64,000 nucleotides of DNA from Candidatus Eiseniibacteriota bacterium. GTDB lineage: Bacteria > Eisenbacteria > RBG-16-71-46 > JABDJR01. How positions within the stretch are numbered: position 1 is the first letter of the stretch; the number at the start of each line of letters is the position of its first letter. The position numbers and the translations under genes were made by a program. The stretch lies in NCBI GenBank assembly GCA_963728475.1, contig CAVSKL010000003.1:393573-457572 (forward strand), given 5' to 3'. Positions 37,493-47,244 of the stretch are shown in pieces. The notes beneath the pieces are model-generated. The model was not told where the DNA came from and ran no database searches. It saw only the letters and a list, made by a program, of their open reading frames with translations.

Positions 37493-39310
37493 ATGGGTGA
37501 AGACCTGAACCGGCTTCGTGAGCGGCTTGCCCGGGCCGAGGAAGTCCTGAGGGCGCTACGGGCGGACGAGATCGATGCCGTGATCGGAAATCGGGGCGTC
37601 GCGCTCCTCCGCCTGGGTGCCTTGGAACGGGCGCTGCGGGAGAGCGAGGAACGCCTCCACCTGGCGCTCGACGCGGCCGATCTCGCCACTTTCGAGATCG
37701 ATCTCGGGACGGGCAAGATCTCGAGCGCGACCGGGATCTGGAAGATGCTGGAACCCGGACCGGACCGGACGCCGGCGACGTTTGACGAATGGATCGGATT
37801 GATGCTTCCGGAGGACCGGGACCGGGTGAGAAAGGCTATCGAGCGTTCGTACGCCACCGGCGAGAAATACGAGATCGAGTACCGCATCCGCTGCGCGAAC
37901 GGAGAGGTCCGGTGGCGGCGCGGCAAGGGAGGCCCGGCTTCCGCGGACGGGAAGTCTCCCGACCGGGTAACCGGGGTCGTGGTGGACGTCACCGCGAAGA
38001 AACAGGCCGAGGCGGATCTGCGCAGGAGCCGCGACGAGCTGGAAAAGAGGGTGATGGAACGCACCGCCGAGCTCTCGGAGGTGGTGGCGGCCCTGAGGGA
38101 AGAGGCGGAACGCCGGATTGTCGCCGAGGAGGAGCTGCGCGAGCGCTCGGAGCGCTTGAGCGCCCTCTCCGCGTCGCTGACCCTCGCCGAGCAGCGGGAA
38201 AGGGAGAGACTGGCCCGGGTGCTCCACGACGGACTGCAACAGTACCTGGCCGCGGCCCGATATCACCTCGCCTCCCTGAAACACTCCACCGACCCCGTCG
38301 CTCTCGAGACCGAGAAGGAGGTGGATGGCCTCCTCTCCGAAGCCATCGAGACCGGACGCCTTCTGACCGCGGAGCTGAGCCCGCCGGTCCTCATCGAGGG
38401 AGGACTCGGGAGCGCGATGGAGTGGCTGGCGGCCTGGATGGAGGACAAGCACGGCCTCGCCGTGGATCTGGAGATCGAAGGCCGCCTCGACGGCGTCCGC
38501 AGGGACGTCGCCGTCCTCCTCTTCGAGAGCGTCCGCGAGCTTCTCTTCAACGTGGTGAAGCACGCCGGGGTCAAGACGGCCCACGTCCGGGCCTCTTCGC
38601 AGGGACCACAGCTCAGGATCGAGGTTTCGGACCGGGGGGTGGGCTACGATCCCCGGAAACTCATGGCCGGTAACCGGGGCTCGACAAGGTTCGGACTTCT
38701 CAGCATCGCGGAGCGCCTCGCCCTGCTCGGCGGGGAGATGGAGGTCGAGGGCTCGCCGGGCGAAGGGACGCGATTCACCCTGACCGTCCCTCTCGCCAAG
38801 TCGACCGAGGCGCCGGCAGCCAAAGCGGCCGGCCGGGGGCAGGAGCCGGCGCCCGCCGACGACACCGAAGCGGAATGCGACGACGCCCGGATCCGCCTGG
38901 TGCTGGTGGACGACCACACGGTGATGCGCCAGGGATTGGCGACGCTGTTGCGGGACGAACGGGACATGGTGGTGGTCGGAGAGGCCGCCGACGGCGAAAC
39001 CGCGGTCCGGGTGGTCTGCGAGGTTCACCCGGACGTCGTGCTCATGGATGTGTCCATGCCGGGCATGAACGGAGTCGAGGCGACCCGGCTCGTCCATGAG
39101 CGGTGCCCGGCGGCGCGGGTGATCGGTCTGTCGATGTTCGAGGATCCGGAGCACATGGCCTCGATGATCGCGGCCGGAGCCTGGGCCTACCTCGGCAAGA
39201 ACGGGCCGGCCGATAAGTTGCTGGACCACATCCGGAGGGCCGGCCGCACCATCCCCCGGAACCGCTCCGCCATCCGGCGCCCGCACCCCCCCAAAGAGCT
39301 TCGCTTCTGA
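37493..39310 (+). CDS. Hybrid sensor histidine kinase (PAS - HisKA_3 - HATPase_c - REC)
   Basis: PAS domain with ...EIEYRIRCANGEVRW.... NarL-type H-box LHDGLQQYLAAARYHL. G1/G2 boxes. C-terminal receiver IRLVLVDDH...VVLMDVSMPGMNG. Confidence 0.85.
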   Translation: MGEDLNRLRERLARAEEVLRALRADEIDAVIGNRGVALLRLGALERALRESEERLHLALDAADLATFEIDLGTGKISSATGIWKMLEPGPDRTPATFDEWIGLMLPEDRDRVRKAIERSYATGEKYEIEYRIRCANGEVRWRRGKGGPASADGKSPDRVTGVVVDVTAKKQAEADLRRSRDELEKRVMERTAELSEVVAALREEAERRIVAEEELRERSERLSALSASLTLAEQRERERLARVLHDGLQQYLAAARYHLASLKHSTDPVALETEKEVDGLLSEAIETGRLLTAELSPPVLIEGGLGSAMEWLAAWMEDKHGLAVDLEIEGRLDGVRRDVAVLLFESVRELLFNVVKHAGVKTAHVRASSQGPQLRIEVSDRGVGYDPRKLMAGNRGSTRFGLLSIAERLALLGGEMEVEGSPGEGTRFTLTVPLAKSTEAPAAKAAGRGQEPAPADDTEAECDDARIRLVLVDDHTVMRQGLATLLRDERDMVVVGEAADGETAVRVVCEVHPDVVLMDVSMPGMNGVEATRLVHERCPAARVIGLSMFEDPEHMASMIAAGAWAYLGKNGPADKLLDHIRRAGRTIPRNRSAIRRPHPPKELRF

Positions 39311-39451
39311 CCCCACTTTCAGCAACCGGGAGCGGGGGCCGGACGCGGTATACTTTCCGGACCTGAGCTGCATTGAAGGGCTTGGGCCGGTCCACCGGGG
39401 CTGAGCCCAATGCGATCGACGACCGGGGCCCCGGTCCAGCCCGAGGACACG

Positions 39452-42400
39452 ATGACACGCCGATTCCTCCCGGCCGCTGCCTTGATGCTCGCCGCCCTCG
39501 CCTTCGCCCCCGCCCGGGCCGGCGAGACCGCCAATCCGCCCATCTACATCGCCTTCCTCTGGCACATGCACCAGCCCATCTACTGGCCGTATGAATCGGT
39601 GGTCGCGACCGACGCCAACCAGCGCTACGGCTACTCGGTCACCGACATCCACAATCAGCGGCTGGGGCCGTACACCTCGTGGCCCAAGGACGCGGTCTCG
39701 GCCGGGGTCGCCGCCGGTATGCCGCACTTCGGCGCCCAGGTGAGCTTCTCGGGCTCGCTCATGGAAAACCTGAACTCCCTGGAAGCCGCCGGGAACGGCA
39801 ACTTCCAGAACTGGAAGTCGTCCTGGGATTGGATCAAGACCCAGACCACCTCGCTCGGCAATCCCCGGCTCGACATGGTGGGCTTCGGTTACCACCACCC
39901 GCTCATGGGGCTCCTGGGCACCCTCGACATCGAGCGGCAGATCGAGGCCCACCGGAGCATGATGGCCTCGAACTTCAGCGGGTCGTACTCGAAGGGCATC
40001 TTCCCGCCCGAGGACGCCTTCTCGGCCCGGATGATCCCGGCGCTGGCCGCCGAGGGGCTCCGGTGGGTGCTGGTGGACAACCTCCACTTCGACCGCGCCG
40101 CGGCGGGCTACCCGTACAACACCGGCGGGAACGTCGTGGAGCCCAACCGAGCCGACCAGCGGAATCCGGATCCGGGCGACTGGGTCCAGCTCACCGATCT
40201 CTGGGCGCCCACCAGGATCTCCGGCGGTTGGGGCCACCGGCCGCACGTTGCCGAATACGTGGATCCGGCCTCCGGCCAGGTGTCGCGGATCGTCGCCGTT
40301 CCCGCCGACCGCTACATGGGGAACGAGGACGCCCGCGGGGGGTTCGGGGCGCTCCAGTACGACGACGTGATGAGCCAGCTCGAGCCCTACAACACCGACC
40401 CCGCGCATCCGCTCCTGGTGGTGCTCCACCACGACGGGGACAACTACGGGGGCGGGACCGACAGCTACTACCACTCCAACTTCGACGCCTTCGTGAGCTG
40501 GCTCCAGGCCAGCCCCTCGCGGTTCGTGTGCACCACCGTCCAGGACTACCTGGACCGGTTCCCCCCGGACACGAGCGACGTCATCCACGTGGAGGACGGG
40601 AGCTGGAGCGGCGCCGACAACGGCGACCCCGAATTCAAGAAGTGGCTGGGCGACCCCGCCGCCGACGGCTACAGCCCCGACCGGAACAGCTGGGCGGTGG
40701 TGACCGCGGCCCGGAACATCGTGTCCACCGCGGACGAGGTGGCGCCGGGGTCGCCGGAGACCGCGCTGGCCTGGCACTACCTGCTGAACGCCGAGGCCAG
40801 CGATTACTGGTACTGGGACGGGTCTCAGGGGGGCGTCTGGGATTCGCATCCGACGCGCGCGTCCAATCTGGCGGTGCCGCACGCGTTGAACGCGATCGGG
40901 AGCGGCGCCGACCTCACCGGGCCCACCATCTTTCTCCCCCAGCGCGAGCCCTACAACCCGGGCGGCACCGAGTGGGGGATCGCCCAGCCCCGCGACTTCC
41001 AGGTCTGGACGTTCGCGTTCGACCTTGACGGGTTGTCGTCGGTCAGCCTGAAGATCCGCGGGGACCGGGACGGGGCGCTTCCGGCCGGGTCGTCGGACAA
41101 CGATACCTATCTTGGGGGCCCCGCGGTGACCGCGTGGACCTCGATCCCCATGACCGCGAGCGACATGGCGTCGCGGACCGATCCATTGCCGCTCTATCGC
41201 GCTTCGCAGTACGCGGCCACCGTCACCGGTGTCACCGACTCGCTCCTGGATTACTACGTGGAGGCGGTGGACGGGCACGGGAACGTGTCGAGTTCGCCCA
41301 TCCGCCATGTGTGGGTGGGAACCGGCACCAGCGGCGGGGGAGGGGGGAGCGCCGGGGTGAGCTGGACGCCGCCGTCGCCGGCGGCCGAGGACTCGGTCAC
41401 CCTCACCGTGGCCGGCGCCGGGAAGGGCGGCAAGCTCCACTGGGGGGTGAACGGGTGGGGCGCTCCGGCGACGGGCTACCAGCCGGCGGGGACGGTGCCG
41501 TATAGCGGTGGTTCGGCAGTGGAGACGCCGATGGCACTCTCCGGGGGCGACCTCGCGCTCACCCTGGGGCCGTTCGACGATCCCGCCCAGCCGGTGCGAA
41601 CGCTCGACTTCGTCATCCACTACGACGACGACACCTGGGACAACAACGGGGGACAGGACTACCACGTGACGGTCACCGGCGCCGCCGCGGCGAAGACGTT
41701 CACCGTGGACGGCGCGCTCGACGCGTCGGCGGTCAAGGTGGCGTCGGCGGGCGGGGTGGACCTGTACCTGGACTACAACGGGAGCGATCTCTACGTGGCC
41801 ACTCAGGCTGCGGGAGGGAGCCAGAGCGACGCCTTCGTGTTCGTGACCGGCCCGCCCCCCGGGGCGATGGCCGCTTCGCCGTGGGCCAAGGCCGGCCAGG
41901 TGGCGGGGTGGTCCTTGTTCCTGGGGAACGAGAGCGGGAACAACTGGTGCGGCTGGACCGGCCAGGCCGGAACGGTGGCGCAGGCCGCCGGAACGTACCT
42001 AGAGGGGACGGTGAACCTGTCCTCGGAGTTTGGCTCGGTGCCGCCGGTGGTCTACGTGGCGGTCGGTCGCTACCAGACCGCCGACGGGGGGGCGCTGGTT
42101 GCGCAGGCCCCCGCGGGGAACGGAAACGGCGACCTCGAGGCCTCGGAGTACTACGCCTACGACCTCAGCGCCACTGGGGTGCCGGATGGAGCGGTCCTGG
42201 ACCCGGGTCCGCTTCTGCGGAGCTATCCCAACCCGTTTCGCGGAGCGGCCACGGTGTCGTTCCGGCTTTCGACGCGGGGCGCGGTGCGGTTGTCGATGTA
42301 CGACCTGAGCGGGCGGCTGGTGCGCGTCTTGGCCGCGCGTGAGTTCGACGGGGGGGAGCACCGGGTCGCCGTCGACGGTGCGGGCCTGGCCGGCGGGATC

Positions 42401-42463
42401 TACTTCGTGGAGCTTCGCGCGCCCGGCGTCCGCGCGTCGCAGCGGCTGGTGCTGTTGCGGTAG
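39452..42463 (+). CDS. Secreted glycoside hydrolase family 57 enzyme (alpha-amylase / alpha-glucan-acting) with middle beta-sandwich/CBM-like domains and a T9SS (Por) C-terminal sorting domain
   Basis: GH57 signature IAFLWHMHQPIYW. Signal peptide MTRRFLPAAALMLAALAFAPARA. C-terminal ~80 aa (LLRSYPNPFRGAATVSFRL...GGIYFVELRAPG...) match the T9SS CTD consensus. GAGGA RBS. Confidence 0.8.
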   Translation: MTRRFLPAAALMLAALAFAPARAGETANPPIYIAFLWHMHQPIYWPYESVVATDANQRYGYSVTDIHNQRLGPYTSWPKDAVSAGVAAGMPHFGAQVSFSGSLMENLNSLEAAGNGNFQNWKSSWDWIKTQTTSLGNPRLDMVGFGYHHPLMGLLGTLDIERQIEAHRSMMASNFSGSYSKGIFPPEDAFSARMIPALAAEGLRWVLVDNLHFDRAAAGYPYNTGGNVVEPNRADQRNPDPGDWVQLTDLWAPTRISGGWGHRPHVAEYVDPASGQVSRIVAVPADRYMGNEDARGGFGALQYDDVMSQLEPYNTDPAHPLLVVLHHDGDNYGGGTDSYYHSNFDAFVSWLQASPSRFVCTTVQDYLDRFPPDTSDVIHVEDGSWSGADNGDPEFKKWLGDPAADGYSPDRNSWAVVTAARNIVSTADEVAPGSPETALAWHYLLNAEASDYWYWDGSQGGVWDSHPTRASNLAVPHALNAIGSGADLTGPTIFLPQREPYNPGGTEWGIAQPRDFQVWTFAFDLDGLSSVSLKIRGDRDGALPAGSSDNDTYLGGPAVTAWTSIPMTASDMASRTDPLPLYRASQYAATVTGVTDSLLDYYVEAVDGHGNVSSSPIRHVWVGTGTSGGGGGSAGVSWTPPSPAAEDSVTLTVAGAGKGGKLHWGVNGWGAPATGYQPAGTVPYSGGSAVETPMALSGGDLALTLGPFDDPAQPVRTLDFVIHYDDDTWDNNGGQDYHVTVTGAAAAKTFTVDGALDASAVKVASAGGVDLYLDYNGSDLYVATQAAGGSQSDAFVFVTGPPPGAMAASPWAKAGQVAGWSLFLGNESGNNWCGWTGQAGTVAQAAGTYLEGTVNLSSEFGSVPPVVYVAVGRYQTADGGALVAQAPAGNGNGDLEASEYYAYDLSATGVPDGAVLDPGPLLRSYPNPFRGAATVSFRLSTRGAVRLSMYDLSGRLVRVLAAREFDGGEHRVAVDGAGLAGGIYFVELRAPGVRASQRLVLLR

Positions 42464-42625
42464 CGCAGGCGAGGCGAGAGACTTCTCTACCCACTCCCAC
42501 GCATCCCCGCGTCGCGTGGCGGCCGATGGCACGAGCCGCCTCTCCGGCCGGCCGCGCGTCGTCGCCCCCTAGCACGCAATGGCGCGAACCTTCTGCGCAC
42601 CCGGGTGCGCATGGCGCGCTCGGCA

Positions 42626-42639
42626 TTTCCCCGGGGAAA
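42626..42639. repeat. Perfect 14-bp palindrome TTTCCCCGGGGAAA (copy 1 of 2; second copy at ~57126-57139)
   Basis: Read in sequence. Intergenic, between the convergent GH57 gene and the decayed lipoprotein gene. A separate palindrome gcgcacccgggtgcgc lies ~25 nt upstream. Confidence 0.3.
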
Positions 42640-42679
42640 CGGGGCTCGATCGGGGACCCTCGGCTGGTTCGCGGGGCGG

Positions 42680-44359
42680 TCAGGGTGAGCAGCCGGGGGT
42701 GGTGAAGGCGCCGATCTTCAGGGCGTCGGACAGGGCGGGGGAATCGCTCCGCACGTGGAAGTCATCGTTGGCGGGATCACAGAAGAGGGGATCGGCGAAG
42801 AGATTCGCGGACTGCCAATTAGGAAAGCAGCCGAGGGGATCATCCACATCTGAGGGAGTGTTGAACCAGAAGATGTTCTTGGTAAGTCGCACATTAGGGT
42901 TTAGCCAGAATCGACATACCACGCCGCATCCTTGACCGAGAGCGAACACGTTTTGGGTGATGGTGATTGCCTTGGGGTCAAGGGTGCTGACGAGGACTTG
43001 TCCCCCGCTGCAACTTGAGATCCCTGTCCCTATGTTGCCGACAAATGTGTTGTTGGCTATGACCCCCGACCAGCCCCGCATGGAGATCGCGCCCCCAGTA
43101 TCCGGACCTTGAGGTGTGTCTTGTCCATGGGCCTCGTTTCTCACGAACAAATTCTTCCGGATAGTGAGTGGAGGGGACTGGTAACCTTGCTGGCCCGCCT
43201 CAATCCCGCCTCCATGGTCTCCGGCGATATTCCCCCAGAACTCGCTATTGGAAATACGGGCCGTACCCGGCTCGCTCATAAAGACATAGATTGCTCCACC
43301 GTCATATTGGCATTGGTTTTCACGAGAACCAGCTGCTCGGCTTCGCCAGACAGCTTGGGGGTGAGCGAGACACCTACCGTGGCAGCCTGAACCCAGGTGG
43401 CATCAGTGATGGCGGCCTCGGCGTAGCGGACCAGGTAGGCGGCCGCTCGCCCTTCCTCCCCATCATCGCCCGGCGCCGTCCAGGACAGGGTTGCCGTGAA
43501 AGGACTGGTCGTCGCAACCGCGAGATCGGTGATGGCGGCGGGAGGGACCGTATCCGGCGGAAGAGCCACCACGGCATCGTTAAAGATAGGACCGAGTAGG
43601 CCCGCGTCGTCGACCGCTCGGACCGCGAAGTGAAGGGTTTCGCCGGGATCGAGCCCCGCGACCTGAATCGTCTCCGCAGCCCCGGCTGTCAGGGGCACTT
43701 GGGTCACCTCGAAGGGTGTCGCCGTGTCCCAGGTGGCCTCGGTGATCGCGGTAGCGGCGTAGCGAACCAAGTAAGCAGCCGCCCGCCCCAGGTTGCCGTT
43801 GTCCCCGGGCGCAGTGAACGCCAGGGTGACGGCATGGGGGGTCGGATTCTCCGTGTGGAGATCAGCAACCCGCCCCGGCGGGGTCAGGTCGCCGGTCTCG
43901 GCCTCGACGACGTTCGAGAGCCCCGACACGTTCCCCGCCTCGTCCAACGTCTCCAGCGCGAAGTAGTAGGGCACCAGCCGGGCCAGCGGGCCAACCCTCA
44001 CGGAATCCCCCGGCCGGCGGGCTGCGGAGACGGCAAACCCGTGACCACCGTGGCCGAGTCCCAACCGGTGGCAAGCGGCTGCAACGAGTAGCGAAGGTCG
44101 TAGCGGGCGGCTGGCCCTGCGAGCCGTCATCCCCCGGAGCGGTCCACGTGAGGGTGACGGTGCTGTCGGTGGCCGCGGCTACGGTTAGGTCGGTCACCGC
44201 CGCGGGTGGGGTCGCGTCCGGCGCGGCCGACTTGCCGCAGCCCGCGATCCACAGAACGCCGATCGCCAACGCGAAGCAAAGCGGAAGCGCGGCCCACGCG
44301 AAACGGCGCACCGATCGCGTTCGTGCCGTCGCAACTGTCCATCGTCGGTCCGCGGCCAT
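42680..44359 (-). pseudogene. Decayed gene for a lipoprotein with three Fn3-like repeats followed by a right-handed parallel beta-helix (pectate-lyase-fold) domain, broken by at least three frameshifts and one internal stop
   Basis: Lipobox MAADRRW...LWIAGCGK. Repeat units TLTWTAPGDDG / TLAFTAPGDNG / TLSWTAPGDDG ... AAAYLVRYA ... YYFALETLDEAGNVS are spread over three reading frames (track ORFs 43862..44512, 43276..44130, 42680..43279). The beta-helix part reads ...DGGAIYVF... The region is ~10 % lower in GC than the flanks. Confidence 0.5.
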
Positions 44360-44640
44360 CCCCACAATCCCCCCCCGCGCCTCGATCCCGCCGCCCAACC
44401 GCAGCGGGAACGGGCACCGCCGGGGCATGATACCAGCCAGGCCCGGTCGGCAACGGGGGCGCCCCCGGCCGGCCGCGCCCTGTCCGGTCTGCCGCGTACT
44501 CGGGTAGTTCATTGTTACACATCACTATACGTGGACAGGCGGCCCGGTCCCGCTGGTTCGTCCAACCGGCCACGATTCATCTCTAAACGGCCACACTCTG
44601 TGGTAGTATGGCCACATACTGTGGCCCTGGAGGCGAGCCC

Positions 44641-44979
44641 ATGACCCCGATGCTGATCGCGCTTTTCGGCAGCAAGTCCGCTGCCCAGACCCTCCTCTTC
44701 CTTCAGAACTACGGCGAGGGACACGCGCGCCGGATCGCCGCCACCTTCGGCGTCTCCCATATGGGGATCCAGCGGCAGTTGAGGCGGCTCGAAGCCGACG
44801 GCATCCTGGTCTGCCGCCTTGTCGGGAACACCCGGGTGTTCACCTGGAATCCGCGAAGCGCGACGGTCACGAACCTGCGCGCGTTTCTGGAGGCCGAATT
44901 GGATCGTTTGCCGCCCGAGGTGACGCGGGCGTACTTCCGGCAGCGACAGCGCCCGCGCCGGAGCGGCAAGGCCGGATAG
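44641..44979 (+). CDS. Small winged-helix DNA-binding protein (putative antitoxin / AbiEi-like partner of the downstream nucleotidyltransferase)
   Basis: 112 aa with wHTH core ...RRIAATFGVSHMGIQRQLRRLEADGILV.... GGAGG RBS 7 nt before the ATG. 4-nt gap to the next gene. Confidence 0.45.
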   Translation: MTPMLIALFGSKSAAQTLLFLQNYGEGHARRIAATFGVSHMGIQRQLRRLEADGILVCRLVGNTRVFTWNPRSATVTNLRAFLEAELDRLPPEVTRAYFRQRQRPRRSGKAG

Positions 44980-44982
44980 CCG

Positions 44983-45525
44983 ATGTCCATCAACCGGAAC
45001 ACCACGATCATCGAGCTGGCGGCCCGCGTCAGCCAGAGTCTCCAGGACGCGGGCATCAGGGCGACGCTCTCCGGCGGCGGTGCCGTGTGTGTGTACACCG
45101 ACAACGAGTATCAATCCAGCGATCTGGATTTCGTCACCGCGGCGTCGCGAGACCGCTTGTCCGCAGCCTTGGCGCCTCTCGGCTTCGCCCTGGCACGCGG
45201 CCGGCGCCACTTCACCCATCCGGACACCGACCTGTTCCTGGAGTTTCCGGCGGGCCCTCCCCAGTTCGGGGATCGGGTCGTGCCGCACGACGAAATCCCC
45301 GTGCTCGAAACCCGGTGGGGTCCGCTTCGCGTTATCACCCCGACCCAGTGCGTGATGGACCGGCTCGCCGCATTCTGGCACTGGAGCGATCGCCAGTCCT
45401 GGGATCAGGCCGTCCTGGTGGCGCGCCACCGGGATGTGGACTACGAATCGCTCGCCGAATACGCTCATGAAGAAGGAGCCGACCCTAGAGACATCGACCG
45501 ACTGCGCCGGAAGGCCGGCCGGTGA
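44983..45525 (+). CDS. Nucleotidyltransferase-fold protein (putative toxin of an AbiEii / type IV TA-like pair)
   Basis: NTase motifs LSGGGAVCVY and SSDLDFV (hG[GS] ... DxD). 180 aa. Immediately downstream of the small wHTH gene, inside the lower-GC island. Confidence 0.45.
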   Translation: MSINRNTTIIELAARVSQSLQDAGIRATLSGGGAVCVYTDNEYQSSDLDFVTAASRDRLSAALAPLGFALARGRRHFTHPDTDLFLEFPAGPPQFGDRVVPHDEIPVLETRWGPLRVITPTQCVMDRLAAFWHWSDRQSWDQAVLVARHRDVDYESLAEYAHEEGADPRDIDRLRRKAGR

Positions 45526-45671
45526 GGCAGGGCCCCCCGTGGCGGGGGCCTCCGTCCAGCTCGCCGGGGGTCGAGCGATTCCGCGCCCTCCTCTAGACTG
45601 AAACCTTCCGGCGCGCCGATCGAAGGTGGCGGCTTGCCGTTCACCCGCGCCCGCCGCACGGAAAGGAACCG

Positions 45672-46337
45672 ATGGCCGACCGCACCGCCTACTGGCCGCG
45701 ACTCACCTGGCTCGCGCTCTTCGGCGCCGCCTTCGGCTTCGTTGAAGCCGCGGTGGTGATCTACCTCCACCGCATCTATTACCCGGCCGGCTTCGGTTTC
45801 CCCCTCATCCTCCCCGAGCTGCCGCTCCTCAAGGTGGAACTCGCCCGCGAGCTCTGCACCCTGGTCATGCTGCTCGCGGTGGCCATGCTCGCCGAGCGCC
45901 GTGCGTGGGCGCGCTTCGGCGTCTTCTGCTTCCTCTTCGGGGTATGGGACCTGGTCTACTACCTGGGCCTGTGGTGGGCGATCGGGTGGCCGCCCAGCCT
46001 CTGGACCTGGGACGCGCTCTTCCTGCTTCCCACCCTGTGGGTCGGCCCGGTGTTCACCGCGGTGGCGGTGGCGGCCAGCCTCACCGTGGCCGGCGCGATC
46101 ATCGTCCGCAAGAGCGCCGACCGCCGTCCCTACACCCCATGGTGGGTGTGGCTGGGGTCGGCGGGCGCTTTCGCGCTCCTCCTGGTCGCGTTCATGGGCG
46201 ACGAGGCCTCGGTGCGGGCCACGGGGACGCCCCACGACTTTCCGTGGGCGCCGTATCTCATCGGGCTCGTGCTGGGCTGGGCGATGTTCGGGACGGCGTT
46301 CCTCTCGCTCCGGACGGAGTATTCGCCGGAACCGTGA
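45672..46337 (+). CDS. Hypothetical polytopic membrane protein (6 predicted TM helices, Trp-rich)
   Basis: Track ORF with an AAGGAA RBS. Hydrophobic segments throughout; no recognisable catalytic motif. Confidence 0.55.
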   Translation: MADRTAYWPRLTWLALFGAAFGFVEAAVVIYLHRIYYPAGFGFPLILPELPLLKVELARELCTLVMLLAVAMLAERRAWARFGVFCFLFGVWDLVYYLGLWWAIGWPPSLWTWDALFLLPTLWVGPVFTAVAVAASLTVAGAIIVRKSADRRPYTPWWVWLGSAGAFALLLVAFMGDEASVRATGTPHDFPWAPYLIGLVLGWAMFGTAFLSLRTEYSPEP

Positions 46338-46347
46338 GCGAAAGCGC

Positions 46348-47046
46348 TCAGTCCTCCCCCGGCGCCGGAGGCGGCGACCCGAGGATCCACAAGAGCTCGG
46401 CCAGGACCATGGCGGTGGCGCCCCAGAGCTTCTCGCCCTCCAGGTCGAAGTAGGGGATGCGCACCTGGCGGTCCTGGAGGATCCGGATCTCGGATCGGAG
46501 CCGCTCGCGGCCGATGAGGTGGGAGAGAGGAATCATGAGAATCCGCTCCACCTCGGCCGGGTTGGGGCGCACCTCGGGGGTGAACGGGCTCACCCCGACG
46601 AAGGGATGAAGCAGGAACCCGCTCACCGGAATGTAGACCGGGGAGAGCGCGCCCAGGAGTCTCACTTTGGCGGTGTCGAGCCCGACCTCCTCCCGCGCCT
46701 CGCGTAAGGCGGCCTGGTTCAGCGCTTCGCCCGGCTCCACCACGCCGCCGGGGAGCGAGAGCTGCCCGCGATGGCTGGGCAGATCGCGGCTCCGCACCGT
46801 GAGCAGGAGGTACGGTACCTCGCCCCGGGGATAGAGGAGCAGGAGCGCGGCCGCGGGGCGGACCGTTTCGTCCGAAGGGGGAAAGACGGGGCGGGGCCTC
46901 GGGCGCATCCGCTCGTGGGCCCGGGGGCCGGGGAGGGGCGCGCGAAGGGCGTCCTCCAGCCCGTGAACGATGTGCTGAAAGGGCTCGCGTCCCGGCGACG
47001 GGCTCCGTTCGGCGGGGTTTTTCCCTGGCGGCATGAAAACGAGCAT
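46348..47046 (-). CDS. NUDIX hydrolase (CoA pyrophosphatase-like)
   Basis: Nudix box GQLSLPGGVVEPGEALNQAALREAREEVGL. Start placed at MLVFM (GGGGGG RBS); alternative at 46908. The remainder of the 551-aa track ORF overlaps a plus-strand esterase gene and is judged spurious. Confidence 0.7.
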   Translation of the reverse strand: MLVFMPPGKNPAERSPSPGREPFQHIVHGLEDALRAPLPGPRAHERMRPRPRPVFPPSDETVRPAAALLLLYPRGEVPYLLLTVRSRDLPSHRGQLSLPGGVVEPGEALNQAALREAREEVGLDTAKVRLLGALSPVYIPVSGFLLHPFVGVSPFTPEVRPNPAEVERILMIPLSHLIGRERLRSEIRILQDRQVRIPYFDLEGEKLWGATAMVLAELLWILGSPPPAPGED

Positions 47047-47244
47047 AGCCCAATCCCCCCGCGCGGGGTGAGACGGATCGGATCGCGCCCCGGGGCTTGG
47101 CGAGGCGGGTGACGCCGGCGCCGCCCAAGTAACCGCAGGGGCCTTGTCCCCCCGCGCGGCGCGAGGCGGATGACGCCGGCGCCGCCGATGGGCTATGGTC
47201 GGCCCCTCGTAGGACGCCGGGAGGGACCGCAGGTGGCCGAACCG

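Noticed and set aside
37556-41665. 1369-aa minus-strand ORF across the kai HK and GH57 genes
   Set aside because: Low-complexity. The plus-strand genes carry the homology.
42680-43279. Beta-helix ORF as a stand-alone 199-aa CDS
   Set aside because: Its M start is preceded in frame by DGGAIYVF, which is part of a beta-helix coil. The upstream Fn3 repeats lie in an adjacent frame. Treated as the 3' remnant of a frameshifted larger gene.
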